Shown here piece after piece: positions 20,111 to 31,984 of a DNA stretch of 64,000 nt. A program made the translations under genes and the position numbers. This DNA comes from an uncultured Gemmatimonadales bacterium. Its GTDB lineage: Bacteria > Gemmatimonadota > Gemmatimonadetes > Gemmatimonadales > Gemmatimonadaceae. Under the pieces are notes generated by a model that was not told where the DNA came from, ran no database searches, and was given only the letters and a program-made list of their open reading frames with translations. Positions within the stretch are counted from its first letter, which is position 1. Each line of letters begins with the position of its first letter. The stretch spans positions 3,072,001-3,136,000 of the forward strand of contig CAWKMU010000003.1 in the NCBI GenBank assembly GCA_963850905.1. Reading direction: 5' to 3'.

Positions 20111-20920
20111 ATGACTCCGTTTCAAGCTCTAGTCCTCGGCGTCCTTCAGGGGCTCGCCGAATTCATCCCCGTCAGCAGCTCGGCGCACCTCGTCCTCGCG
20201 CCATGGGTCTTCGGCTGGCAAGATCCCGGTCTGGCCTTCGATGTCGCGCTTCATGTGGGCACACTCATCGCCCTGCTGTGGTACTTCCGAGCCGAGTGGG
20301 TGCGCTTACTGTCCAGTGCCCTCGTCGTGCTCCGAACGCGGTCGCTGCAGGGGCCCGAAGAGCGCCGGCTCGCGTATCTCGTGGTGGGGACGATCCCCGG
20401 AGGGATCGCTGGCGTGCTGTTCGAGCGGAAAGCGGACGAGGCGTTCCGCGCCCCGGTCCTGGTCGCGTCCGCGCTGATCGTCATGGGGATTCTGCTGTGG
20501 CTCGTGGACATTGCCGCTCCGGCCCGTCGCACATTGGATCGGATGGGATGGCGCGATGCCATCCTCATTGGCATCGCCCAGGCGTTCGCCATCGTCCCCG
20601 GCGTCTCTCGTTCCGGCGCGACGATCACGGCCGGCCGAGCACTCCAACTGGATCGCGAAAGCGCGGCCGTTTTCAGCTTCTTGTTGAGCATGCCCATCAT
20701 CGCTGGCGCCGCCGCTCACGAGGTGCCGCGGCTCGTGCATGCGGGGATGACGGGCCCCCTGCTGATCGGCGTGGTCAGCGCTGCAGTGAGCGGATGGATT
20801 GCCATCGCGGTCGTGCTCCGGTACGTCAAGCGCCACAGCTACGGCGCGTTCGCCCTCTATCGCGTGCTGCTCGGCGCATCGGTCCTCGCCCTCGTGGCGT
20901 ATCGAGCGCGACATGGTTGA
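20111..20920 (+). CDS. uppP: Undecaprenyl-diphosphate phosphatase (BacA family)
   Basis: QGLAEFIPVSSSAHL, PGVSRSGATI. Confidence 0.93.
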   Translation: MTPFQALVLGVLQGLAEFIPVSSSAHLVLAPWVFGWQDPGLAFDVALHVGTLIALLWYFRAEWVRLLSSALVVLRTRSLQGPEERRLAYLVVGTIPGGIAGVLFERKADEAFRAPVLVASALIVMGILLWLVDIAAPARRTLDRMGWRDAILIGIAQAFAIVPGVSRSGATITAGRALQLDRESAAVFSFLLSMPIIAGAAAHEVPRLVHAGMTGPLLIGVVSAAVSGWIAIAVVLRYVKRHSYGAFALYRVLLGASVLALVAYRARHG

Positions 20921-21735
20921 TCGTGCGGGATCAACCTCGGACACTCGCCCCGGGCCGAGGTCCGGCCCGGCGACGAACGGTGCATCCGCGCGCTGGGAAG
21001 GGTTGAGCGGGGAGGATCTGGCCGATCATCTCGGTGCGCCCGGTGTGGTCGTGCATAGTTCAGTGGAGTCGACGATGGATGCCGCGCACCTCCTTGCCGC
21101 CGATGGCGCGCCCGCCGGCACCCTCGTGATCGCCGATCACCAGACCGCGGGCCGGGGGCGCGGGGGCCATGCGTGGGTCTCGCCACCCGGCAGTGGCATC
21201 TCGGATGACCCTCATCGAGCGCCCGACTGATAGCACCGCCCTCGAGCTCTGGGGCGTGCGCTGCGGGATCCACGTGGCGACCGCGCTCGACCCATACGCT
21301 GGTCAGCTCGTCGGGATCAAGTGGCCCAACGACTTGTATCTGGGCGGCCGGAAGCTCGCGGGCATCCTGATCGAGGCCCGATGGCAAGAGCAGCAGCTGC
21401 TGTGGGTCGCCATCGGCATGGGCATCAACGTTCGTTCGCCCGTGACGGTGACCACAGCCGCCGGCCTCGATCCGACGGCGGATCGGGTGGGGGTCCTCAC
21501 AGGAGTCGTGGCCGCTCTCCGTACCGCTGTGCAGTTGAATGGCACGCTCAACCGGGATGAGATGCGCGAGTGTAAGGCGCGCGACATTGCCCGTGGTCGC
21601 GAATGTCGCGAGCCTGGGGTCGGGTGCGTAGTAGGTATTAGTGCGCGCGGCGAGTTGGAGGTCCGGACGGCAAGCGGTGTGCAGTCGTTTCGCACCGGAT
21701 CACTGGTGTTGGACCAGCACGCGGAGGTGGCGTGA
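20913..21735 (+). CDS. birA: Biotin--acetyl-CoA-carboxylase ligase, apparent frameshift ~21202
   Basis: STMD, QTAGRGRGG..W in one frame; IKWPND, KLAGILIE, GIN in the next. Confidence 0.9.
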
Positions 21736-22509
21736 TCCTCGTCTTTGACGTGGGCAACAGCGAGACCACGGTGGGCCTCTACGAGGCCGCGACGCTGCGC
21801 CAGCACTGGCGCCTCACGACCACCGTCGAGCGCACGCCCGACGAGCTCTCCCTACTGATCCGACAGATGCTCGCGGCCCGAAACGTCGCGCTCGGGGAAG
21901 TGACTGGGACCGCCATCGGGTCGGTGGTTCCCGCGCTCACGGGGCCTCTGGCGAGATGCCTGCGCGGCATGTTTCGGCAAACCCGCCCTCTTAGTCGACG
22001 CAGCGGCCCGTCTGCCGATCCGCCTCGCGGTCGACGAACCCATGACGGTTGGTGCGGATCGCATCATCAACACGCTCGCGGCGAGTCAGCTGTACAAGCG
22101 CGATACCATCGTGGTGGACCTGGGCACGGCGACCACCTACGACTGTATCACTGGCGACGGCGTCTTTCTGGGCGGTGTCATCGCACCCGGCATTCGGACT
22201 TCAGCGGAGACGCTGGTCCGCCGCACGGCGAAGCTGCCGGCGACCGAGCTCTATGCCCCTGACAAAGTGATCGGCACGCGGACCGAAGACTGTATCCGTG
22301 CGGGTGTGATGTTCGGCGCGGCCGGTGCGGTCGACGGCATCGTCCGCCGGATCATCCAGGCGTGGCCGACATCGGCCCGGCCCCATGTGGTGGCGACGGG
22401 CGGTCTCGCGGAAGTCGTGCGGCCGCTGTGCGAGACCCTGGAGGTCGTCGCACCGCACCTCACGCTGGACGGATTGCGGATTGCATACGAGCTACTGAAG
22501 GGACGCTAG
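21732..22509 (+). CDS. coaX: Type III pantothenate kinase, apparent frameshift ~21953
   Basis: DVGNS, SVVP; then GADR, VVDLGTATT, GGVIAPG, ATGG. Confidence 0.92.
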
Positions 22510-22589
22510 ACGCTGGACGCTAGTACAACAAACCTCGGGGGCCGGTCCACTGCGGGTGCCTCTGAGGTTTGTGTTCGAGCCGTCCAGCG
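22502..22589. repeat. Palindromic cassette with (GACGCTR)n arms, related to 4813-4910; probable terminator
   Basis: GACGCTA GACGCTG GACGCTA then ACAAACCTC...GAGGTTTGT and GTCCAGCG. Confidence 0.7.
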
Positions 22590-22662
22590 CCCCTTCAGGT
22601 CCGTGACGTAAGTCGTTCCTAAACAGCAACTTACGATCTGGCGCGTACCTGGCAGTCCCCCC

Positions 22663-22691
22663 TTGCCCATCCCTCCGTCGCTCATTACATT
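22663..22691 (+). promoter_or_regulatory. Sigma70-type promoter for groESL
   Basis: TTGCCC-17nt-TACATT just upstream of CIRCE. Confidence 0.55.
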
Positions 22692-22696
22692 CGGCG

Positions 22697-22724
22697 TTAG
22701 CACTCTATACGTGAAGAGTGCTAA
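22697..22724. promoter_or_regulatory. CIRCE element (HrcA operator)
   Basis: TTAGCACTC-N10-GAGTGCTAA upstream of groES; canonical spacer is 9. Confidence 0.9.
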
Positions 22725-22774
22725 CAGACTGCATTACGTGTGGGTCGACCTTACTGCATGGAGAGGATGTCGGT

Positions 22775-23083
22775 ATGGCCACTAAGACTGCCACGAGCAC
22801 CAAGGTTACGCCCTTGGCCGATCGAGTCGTGGTGAAACCACTGGAGGAGGCCGAGCAGATGCGCGGCGGTCTCTACATCCCGGACACCGCGAAAGAGAAG
22901 CCGCAGCAGGGCGAGATCGTCGCCGTGGGGCCCGGCCGGTATGAGGACGGGAAGCGCATTCCGCCCGACGTGAAGGTCGGCGACAAGGTGCTGTACGGGA
23001 AGTACAGCGGCACCGAAGTGACGATCGATGGCGAGCAGGTCCTGATCCTTCGCGAGTCGGACGTGCTGGCAGTGATTGGCTGA
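22775..23083 (+). CDS. groES: Co-chaperonin GroES
   Basis: [41 protein letters not shown]. Confidence 0.97.
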   Translation: MATKTATSTKVTPLADRVVVKPLEEAEQMRGGLYIPDTAKEKPQQGEIVAVGPGRYEDGKRIPPDVKVGDKVLYGKYSGTEVTIDGEQVLILRESDVLAVIG

Positions 23084-23132
23084 GCGCGACGCAACCACAC
23101 CGTTTCAGGACGAGACTTCAAGAGGATATTGA

Positions 23133-24774
<1,642 letters not shown>

Positions 24775-24780
24775 AAAAGC

Positions 24781-24912
24781 AACTACGGGGTCAGGGACCA
24801 GGGGTCGGGGGTCCGGGACCTAAGCTCGAAGGCCAGCCACAATGCACTGTGGCTGGCCTTCGTCGTTTTTGTACTTCCCTGACCCGGTCCCTGGTCCCTG
24901 ACCCCGCCGTTT
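24781..24912. terminator. Terminator hairpin flanked by inverted (GGGGTCA/GGGACCA)n 7-mer arms
   Basis: CGAAGGCCAGCCACA-atgcac-TGTGGCTGGCCTTCG then T-run; arms GGGGTCA GGGACCA GGGGTCG / CCCTGGT CCCTGAC CCC. Confidence 0.8.
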
Positions 24913-24918
24913 AGTCTC

Positions 24919-25723
24919 TCACAACCCAAGCGTCAACTGCGCGGCTGAACCCGCCCCAAACGGCCCCGCCACCTTGTCCTGCGTCGCCACATCGAGCGTT
25001 GCACTACGAGCGCCAGTGCGCGCGAGCGCCGCTGCCATGGAGCGCAGCGCGAGCGCCGGCTCGTTGCAGTTCGCGCTGAGATGCGCGAGCACCACGCGGG
25101 TGAGTCCGCGGTGCGCGACGCTCCGTACGAGGTCGGCCGCTGCGGCGTTGCTCGAGATGCCCATGCGGGCCCGCGATGCGGTTGGCCACCGAGCGCGGAT
25201 AGGGCCCCGTCCGAAGCAACACGTCATCGTGATTCGACTCGACGATGAGCACGTCGACATCGGTCAGTCCTCGCCGGACGACGTCCGTCGCCCGGCCCAG
25301 GTCATATGCGACGCCAGTTCGGAAACCGGATCGCCTGGCGGTCGCGACGATCGCAACGGGGGCCGCTGCATCATGAGGGACCGGGATCGTACTCACGTCC
25401 ATGGTGCCCAGGACGACACCGTCACCCGCCCGCAGCGACTCGGTACCCGCGGCCGCAAGCTCGACATCCGCGGCCACCGTGCCGCGCGTCGCAAGCAGCC
25501 GCCAGCCGAACAACCTCCTGCCCGCGATCGCCGCGCGGGCATGGTCTGAGTGCTCGTGCGTGAGTACGACCAGCTCGATCTGCTCCGGTGCCACACCGAT
25601 GCTGGCAAGACGGCGTACCAGGGTCCGGATCGGCAGCCCGGCGTCAACCAGCGCAAAGGAACCGTCGGCCTCCAGCAGGACCGCGTTCCCGTTACTGCCG
25701 GTTCCGAGCACCCAGCTTCTCAT
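24919..25723 (-). CDS. MBL-fold metallo-hydrolase (YycJ/WalJ-like), apparent frameshift ~25155
   Basis: LGTGSNGN, THEHSDH, VPHDA, ESNHD, GHL, LAHLS. Confidence 0.88.
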
Positions 25724-26961
25724 CGCGTTTTCGTCCGCTCGCCGTCTCCGCTGGCCCACTGGCTTGCGTGAGCGAGCGCTCGAGCGTGCGCCGCCGTGAG
25801 CGTTCGCCTGGCGTCGTCGGTCAGTGGCACCTCGCGGCGCGCCATCTGTCGCTCTGCCACCTCCAGCAACTTGGGGAGCGCAAAGGTTGCAAATGGCGGC
25901 CGATCCCCCCACGCAAACGGGGGCACCGTCTTCGGCGCCGCGACCCCGAAAAAATTCGCCCCCGCGCCCATCACCGTCCCGGTCGTCAATCGGACGCCGA
26001 TCCCCGTGCGCGCGTAATCCCCGATGAACGCGCCGAGAAAGGTGAGCCCGGTATCACGCACACCGGCCGGAGTCCAGAGTTGAACCGGGCCGTAGGTGTT
26101 CTTGAGGTTACTCGTGATCGTACCGGCGCCCAGGTTGACCCAGCGTCCCATATAGGAGTGCCCGACAAATCCGTCGTGCGACTTGTTCGAGTAGCCCAGG
26201 ACGACCGAGACGGCGAGCTCGCCGTGCACCTTGCAGTGGTCTCCGATCGACGACGCGGCTATCCGATCCGCGGTGACGCTGGATGCTTCACCGATCACGC
26301 ACGGTCCCACGATCCGCGTAAACGCGTGGACCGTCGCGCGTGACCGCACGAGTGCAGGGCCGCTGCGGAGGTCGAAGAGGGTCTGCGGCTCGATCACTGC
26401 ACCGCGTTCGATGAATAGCGGGTGCTCACCCAGACAGGTCGCCTGCGACGCCGCGCCGCCATCGAGCGACAGACCGGTCGCCAGCCGAGGAATGTCATCG
26501 GCGAGCTGAGCGGGGAGATCGCGGATGTAGTCCCACACGTGGTCGACCCAGCGACCCGCAACCTCGGCGCAACGTACGTCAGCGCCCACGAGCGTCTCGA
26601 GTGCGTCGCCGCTCTCCACCAGCGCCTCGGGATCGAGCGGCCGCTGGATCCGCACAGCGGCGACACGACCTTGACACATCCACACGTCCTCGGCCGGCCC
26701 CGCCGTGAGCATCGGGATGCAACGGCTATTGGCAATGCGGGCTCGAGGCGGAATGATGCGCGTAACAGCTGTCGGCGCGTCCAGCTCGGAGAAGTCGCGC
26801 AGATGGCTGGCGACCAGCGTGCCAGCTACCGGCTCCCCGCACACGCTCGCCCACCGACGCCGCGTAATGATGCCGCCGGCACATAGCTCCGACACGGGAC
26901 GTGTGAGCGCGAACGGCTCGAACGTCCGCGCCAGCGCGTCATCGTAGAGATAAAGGGCCAC
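25720..26961 (-). CDS. GlmU-related putative sugar nucleotidyltransferase with hexapeptide repeats
   Basis: PFALTRPVSEL, SNKSHDGFVGHSYMGRWVNLGAGTITSNLKNTY. Confidence 0.85.
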   Translation of the reverse strand: MALYLYDDALARTFEPFALTRPVSELCAGGIITRRRWASVCGEPVAGTLVASHLRDFSELDAPTAVTRIIPPRARIANSRCIPMLTAGPAEDVWMCQGRVAAVRIQRPLDPEALVESGDALETLVGADVRCAEVAGRWVDHVWDYIRDLPAQLADDIPRLATGLSLDGGAASQATCLGEHPLFIERGAVIEPQTLFDLRSGPALVRSRATVHAFTRIVGPCVIGEASSVTADRIAASSIGDHCKVHGELAVSVVLGYSNKSHDGFVGHSYMGRWVNLGAGTITSNLKNTYGPVQLWTPAGVRDTGLTFLGAFIGDYARTGIGVRLTTGTVMGAGANFFGVAAPKTVPPFAWGDRPPFATFALPKLLEVAERQMARREVPLTDDARRTLTAAHARALAHASQWASGDGERTKTR

Positions 26962-26973
26962 CCCCCGATCCCG

Positions 26974-28041
26974 TTACGCCGAAGGCGCGGCCAATTGGGC
27001 CGGCAACGACTCGACCAGTGTCTTGAGGTCGGCTGATCGGTCCACCGTGGTCACGAGAGTCAGTCCGTCGCGGGTGACGACGACGAGATCCGAAACGCCA
27101 TACATCACCACCGTGCCGGACTCGGCGTGTACGACGTTGTCGCGCGCGTCGACTGTCTGCACCGTTCCGTAAACGGTGTTGCCGGCGGCATCCTGCTGCC
27201 GCACCCGTCGGAGCGCTGCCCACGTGCCTACGTCATCCCACCCGAAGTCGCCCGCCATGACGAGGACGCGGCGGCTCCGCTCCAGCACCCCGACATCGAC
27301 CGACACAGATTTCGCCGCGGCGAAAAACGCGTCGGCGTCGTTGGTCCTCCGGGCAATCTCCAGGGCCGGCGAGACCTCCGGTGTAAGCCGCGTGACTTCC
27401 TCCAGGAAATCACCCACGCGCCACACAAAGATCCCCGAGTTCCACAGGTAGCCGTCGCGCACCATCGATGCGGCGCGCGCGCGGTCCGGCTTCTCGACGA
27501 AGCGCTGCACTTCCCGAATGCCGGTGCCGACTTCACGACCCGGACAGATGTAGCCGAACCCAGGGTCCGGCCGTGTCGGAACGACGCCAACCGTGACCAG
27601 GCTCGCATGCGACACGGCTGCGACCGCAGCGCGATCGAGCGCGGCCCGAAAGCCGGCGTCATCAGCGACCGCCCAATCGGCATGCACGCAGATCATCACG
27701 GCCTCGGGGCCCGCGCGCCGCTCGATCGCGTGCGCAGCCCACGTCAACGCGGCGGCGGTGCCGGCCGGACGAGGCTCCGTCAGGACGTGGCTCGCGGGCA
27801 GCCCCGTCAGCGCACTGACAGTCGGCGCGAGCGTGCGGCTTGTGAGCACCAGAGTCCGGGTCGCAGGCACCAACGGCTCGAGCCTTCGCAGCGTATCGGT
27901 CAAGAGCGGCTGGTCAGTGACGAGCGGCAGGAGTTGTTTCGGTCGCTGTGGTGTGCTGAGCGGCCAGAAGCGAGACCCCACGCCACCGGCCAACACAACC
28001 GCCCAGCGGTCCTGCGCGTCAGCTGGCGTCGGTTCCTCCAT
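26974..28041 (-). CDS. Mannose-1-phosphate guanylyltransferase (no isomerase domain)
   Basis: VLAGGVGSRFWPLS..PKQLL, FVEKP, WNSGIF, WDDVGTW. Confidence 0.92.
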   Translation of the reverse strand: MEEPTPADAQDRWAVVLAGGVGSRFWPLSTPQRPKQLLPLVTDQPLLTDTLRRLEPLVPATRTLVLTSRTLAPTVSALTGLPASHVLTEPRPAGTAAALTWAAHAIERRAGPEAVMICVHADWAVADDAGFRAALDRAAVAAVSHASLVTVGVVPTRPDPGFGYICPGREVGTGIREVQRFVEKPDRARAASMVRDGYLWNSGIFVWRVGDFLEEVTRLTPEVSPALEIARRTNDADAFFAAAKSVSVDVGVLERSRRVLVMAGDFGWDDVGTWAALRRVRQQDAAGNTVYGTVQTVDARDNVVHAESGTVVMYGVSDLVVVTRDGLTLVTTVDRSADLKTLVESLPAQLAAPSA

Positions 28042-28423
28042 CAGCTTGGGCGAGACCGACAAGCTCTGCCGTCCGCGCATACAGCTTCTTCGGACTGAAG
28101 GGCTTGGTGAGAAAGTCGGTGGCTCCCAAGCGAAGCGCGAGGCGGTGCTGTTGTTCCTGTCCGGCGGCCGTCAGGATGATGCACGGCAGGCTTTTCCACT
28201 GTGGTTGGGATCGGATCTCCGCCAGCACGTCGAGGCCGCTCAAATGGGGCATCATGAGGTCGAGGAGGACAATCTGGATGTCCGGCTCCCGTTTCAGGAC
28301 CTCCAGCGCTTCGCGCCCATCGTAGGCGAGGCTCACGCGAAACGGCCCCTGTTCCAACTTCATCTTGATGATACGCCCAATGTGCGGCTCGTCGTCGGCG
28401 ACCAACGCATGAATCGACTGCAT
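28019..28423 (-). CDS. Single-domain response regulator (receiver)
   Basis: VADDE, LLDLMMP, ILTA, FLTKPFS. Confidence 0.92.
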   Translation of the reverse strand: MQSIHALVADDEPHIGRIIKMKLEQGPFRVSLAYDGREALEVLKREPDIQIVLLDLMMPHLSGLDVLAEIRSQPQWKSLPCIILTAAGQEQQHRLALRLGATDFLTKPFSPKKLYARTAELVGLAQADGGTDAS

Positions 28424-28440
28424 AGCAGAAGCCCGGTGGG

Positions 28441-28794
28441 CTAGACCAAAGACGCGATGTGTTCTCGATTGCGACGCAACTCGAAGAGCAGCTGGCCGAT
28501 ATTGGCGTTCGGTTGCAAGAGGACGAGCAACACTGCCTCGGGCGACAATACGGACACAATAGCGAGTCCGTTCGCATACTCCAACACAGCTGTCGTCATT
28601 GGCGAGCGGCCAGCCGCGACGCCAAACTCATCGGCCGCCGCGATGATGCCAGGTACGTGCGCCGCTACGTCTTCCGAGGCCAAATTTGCCACGGTTTGGC
28701 TATCGATCAGCAGCCCGTCTCGGCCGAGCACGACCGCGGCATCAACGCCGTCGCGCTGGCGGATCGCGGCTACGAGATCGCGGATAGTGGCCAT
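28441..28794 (-). CDS. Roadblock/LC7 (MglB-like) protein
   Basis: GVDAAVVLGRDGLLI; NIGQLLFEL. Confidence 0.85.
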   Translation of the reverse strand: MATIRDLVAAIRQRDGVDAAVVLGRDGLLIDSQTVANLASEDVAAHVPGIIAAADEFGVAAGRSPMTTAVLEYANGLAIVSVLSPEAVLLVLLQPNANIGQLLFELRRNREHIASLV

Positions 28795-28908
28795 GTCGCT
28801 CCGGTGGGAAAGTGGCTGCGAAAGTAGGTCCCGCAGATGTCGAAGTCAAGACACGCGAATGGCTTGCACGGTCGCGTGCACGCCCGTTATGCTACCCTCC
28901 ATCGATAC

Positions 28909-29517
28909 ATGACTACGCTTCCTAACTCCCGGGCCAGGCGCGGTGCGGCCGCGCGGTGTGCGTTGCTGCTGTTGGCGACCGCGCTCGTGACCGCAACGGC
29001 ATGCGGCTACGCCACCGATCCGAAATCGTCGACTGCCGTGGTCGAGGACACACTCGTCGCCTGGGCAGTCAACGGCACCGGCGGGACCCAGCCATCCGGC
29101 TACTATTTGGCAGAGAATCGGGTTGTCGACGTCACGAGTTCCCTCACGTTTGACGTCGCATTCGATGTGGACTCAGCCAGCGGCCAGGCCGTAGTGACCC
29201 CGGTACGGTTGATCACCGACGGATCCGTCCTTGGATTCCACGTGGGCTTGCAACGATTGACGCAGCCGTTTGATTCGGTTGCGTTCGGGTTGAAGAACGG
29301 GTACCAGTTCGACTCGGTGTACACGCTGTCGCCTGGGCAAGGCCTGATGCTCGTATCGAACCCGCCGGGGTGCGCGACCGATCCGAACCCCTCGTTGTAT
29401 GGCAAGTTCGTCGTCGACAGCGTGAATCGAGTGACGCGGACGATTCACTTCCGTGCGGTCGAAGACCCGAATTGCGGGTATCGGGAGTTCAACGTAGGCA
29501 ACATCCCTACGTTCTAG
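28909..29517 (+). CDS. Hypothetical lipoprotein
   Basis: Basic N-region, hydrophobic core, ATAC lipobox-like site. Confidence 0.75.
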   Translation: MTTLPNSRARRGAAARCALLLLATALVTATACGYATDPKSSTAVVEDTLVAWAVNGTGGTQPSGYYLAENRVVDVTSSLTFDVAFDVDSASGQAVVTPVRLITDGSVLGFHVGLQRLTQPFDSVAFGLKNGYQFDSVYTLSPGQGLMLVSNPPGCATDPNPSLYGKFVVDSVNRVTRTIHFRAVEDPNCGYREFNVGNIPTF

Positions 29518-29539
29518 CGATCGGTCCTCGGCGCTCCCT

Positions 29540-30820
29540 GTGCACGACCTGCGCCTCCTTCGCGATCAGCCTGACGCCGTGCGCGACGCGCTCCGCCGGC
29601 GCGGGGTGCTCGATGCGATGGCCGCGACGCTCGCCCGGGGCGAAGCGCTTGAGCGACAGCGGCGTGCCTCCATTCGGGCCGAAGAGGACAAGCGCGCCGA
29701 AAGCAACGCCATTACACAGGAAGTCCGTCGGCGCAAGCAGCAAGGCGAGCCGGTGGATGACCTGATCGATCGCGGCCGCGTCCTGAGTGCAGAGCTCGAC
29801 CGCCTGCAGGGCGAGCGCGCTGATGTCGAAGCGGCATTCACCAAGATCGTCGCAGAGCTCCCCAATATTCCGCTGGCAGATGTGCCGGCGGGTGACGAGC
29901 GCGCCAACGCGGTCATCCGCGCCTGGGGTGAGCCGCGGCCCACCACCGGAGTTCGCCCGCATTGGGAGATCGCGGGACCCGACGGAAACGGATTGCTCGA
30001 TCTGGCTCGGGGCGCCAAGGTCGCGGGCTCGGGATTCATCGTCTTTCGCGGGATCGGCGCACGACTGGTCCGATCGCTGGTGTCGTACATGCTCGATCTC
30101 CACACTCGGGAACATGGATACGAAGAGGTGTGGATCCCATTCGCCGTCAACCGCGCGTCGATGTTCGGAACGGCGCAGTTTCCGAAATTCGAGGACGAGC
30201 AGTACGCGCTCACCAATGAGGACCTCTTCCTGATTCCGACGGCGGAGGTCCCCATCACAAACCTCTACCGGGACGAGATGCTCGACGGCGCCTCGCTCCC
30301 ACGCGCGTTCGTCGCATACTCGCCATGCTTTCGCCGCGAGGCGGGCGCGCACGGCAAAGACACCCGCGGACTCCTGCGCGTGCACCAGTTCGACAAGGTG
30401 GAGCTCGTCCGCTACGCAGCACCCGCCGACTCGGCCGAGCAGCATGAGCTCCTGACACGTCACGCGGAGACCGTCCTGCAGCGTCTCGGGCTGCCGTACC
30501 GGGTGGTCCTGCTCGCCGCGGGTGATACGGGCTTCGCGAGCGCGAAGACCTACGATCTCGAGGTCTGGGCGCCCGGTGTCGGTAAATGGCTCGAGGTCTC
30601 GTCGTGCAGCACCTTCACCGATTTTCAGGCGCGGCGTGCCAACATTCGCTTTCGCCCACCAGGTGGAGGCAAGCCGTCGTTCGTTCACACGCTCAATGGG
30701 TCGGGCCTCGCGCTCCCACGCGTCATTGCGGCGCTGCTCGAGCACTATCAGCAGCCGGATGGACGCATCCTGGTGCCCGAGGTACTTCGGCCGCTATTGG
30801 GCGCGGACTGTCTCGGCTAA
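29540..30820 (+). CDS. serS: Serine--tRNA ligase
   Basis: LIPTAEVP, CFRREAG, GLLRVHQFDKVE, EVSSCS, HTLNGSGLA. Confidence 0.97.
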   Translation: MHDLRLLRDQPDAVRDALRRRGVLDAMAATLARGEALERQRRASIRAEEDKRAESNAITQEVRRRKQQGEPVDDLIDRGRVLSAELDRLQGERADVEAAFTKIVAELPNIPLADVPAGDERANAVIRAWGEPRPTTGVRPHWEIAGPDGNGLLDLARGAKVAGSGFIVFRGIGARLVRSLVSYMLDLHTREHGYEEVWIPFAVNRASMFGTAQFPKFEDEQYALTNEDLFLIPTAEVPITNLYRDEMLDGASLPRAFVAYSPCFRREAGAHGKDTRGLLRVHQFDKVELVRYAAPADSAEQHELLTRHAETVLQRLGLPYRVVLLAAGDTGFASAKTYDLEVWAPGVGKWLEVSSCSTFTDFQARRANIRFRPPGGGKPSFVHTLNGSGLALPRVIAALLEHYQQPDGRILVPEVLRPLLGADCLG

Positions 30821-30832
30821 GGGATCACTGTC

Positions 30833-31984
30833 ATGGCGCGCCGTACTCCGGCCGTCCTGCTGGCCGTCGGCTTCGCCGCGCTGCTCGCGTGGTACACGAT
30901 CACGACGCAGCGCGTCATCGCCGAGCTTCGTCGAGAGGCCACTCGATCGGGCCTCATGTCGGCGCGCATTTTTCGCGCCCTGAGCGACACGTCCGAGGGC
31001 GCTAGCACCGACGCACTCTTCGATCTTGCGAGTCACATCCGTGAAAGTGGAGTCCCCGTCGTGGTGGCGGATCCGCATGGCCTCCCGCGGGACACCGCCA
31101 ATTTGCCCTTCGTGGCGCCTCTCGATAGCCCCGAGATGCTCGCGTATATCGCGACGCTCGATCGGCAAAATGCACCAGTCGTCGAGCCGGGGGGCATCGG
31201 TATCGTCCACTTCGGAAATACTCCGCTCGCACGCGGCCTGCGAGTGATTCCGGTGCTCCAGGGAGCGCTCCTCGCCTTCCTCATTGTCTTCGGTGTGATC
31301 ACCCTGCGCACGCGCGCGCATGCCGAGCGCGAGAAGGTCTGGGCCGGGATGGCCCGGGAATCAGCGCACCAGCTGGGGACACCGTTGTCGAGCCTGAGTG
31401 GATGGCTCGAGCTCTTGCGCGATGGGATGCCGGGCGAGGGAGACGAGATCCTGTCGCACATGCAGAATGACCTCGATCGGCTGGAACGTGTGGCCCACCG
31501 CTTCGAGCGTATCGGTCGGCCGTCGCACGCGCAGCGAGTCGATGGAGGTGACCTCGTCGATCGGGTGGCCGGCTACTTCCGGGCGCGCGTCCCGTCCCTT
31601 GCGCATCGGGTGAGCCTCACGACTCATCGCGGGGAAGGTGATCTGACCATCGAAGGGGACGCCGTGTTGCTCGAGTGGGCCGTCGAGGCGCTTGCGAAGA
31701 ACGCGATTGATGCGCTTGCCGATCGGGACGGCCACGTGGCGCTGTCAGCGGACGCACTCCCGGGGGGCGGCGTGCGTCTCCGGGTCGCGGACGACGGGCC
31801 AGGCGTTGCCCGTGAGCTGCGCAAGGAGGTGTTCCGCGCGGGCTTCTCGACGAAGGCGCATGGCTGGGGCATCGGACTGTCGCTTGCCCGCCGAATCGTC
31901 GAGGACAACCACCGCGGCCGGCTGATGCTGGTCCCGGTCGATCGAGGTGCGACGTTCGACATTATCTTACCGCAATGGTCCTGA
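30833..31984 (+). CDS. Membrane sensor histidine kinase
   Basis: Two TMs; ESAHQLGTPLS H-box, KNAIDA, DDGPG, GWGIGL. Confidence 0.92.
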   Translation: MARRTPAVLLAVGFAALLAWYTITTQRVIAELRREATRSGLMSARIFRALSDTSEGASTDALFDLASHIRESGVPVVVADPHGLPRDTANLPFVAPLDSPEMLAYIATLDRQNAPVVEPGGIGIVHFGNTPLARGLRVIPVLQGALLAFLIVFGVITLRTRAHAEREKVWAGMARESAHQLGTPLSSLSGWLELLRDGMPGEGDEILSHMQNDLDRLERVAHRFERIGRPSHAQRVDGGDLVDRVAGYFRARVPSLAHRVSLTTHRGEGDLTIEGDAVLLEWAVEALAKNAIDALADRDGHVALSADALPGGGVRLRVADDGPGVARELRKEVFRAGFSTKAHGWGIGLSLARRIVEDNHRGRLMLVPVDRGATFDIILPQWS

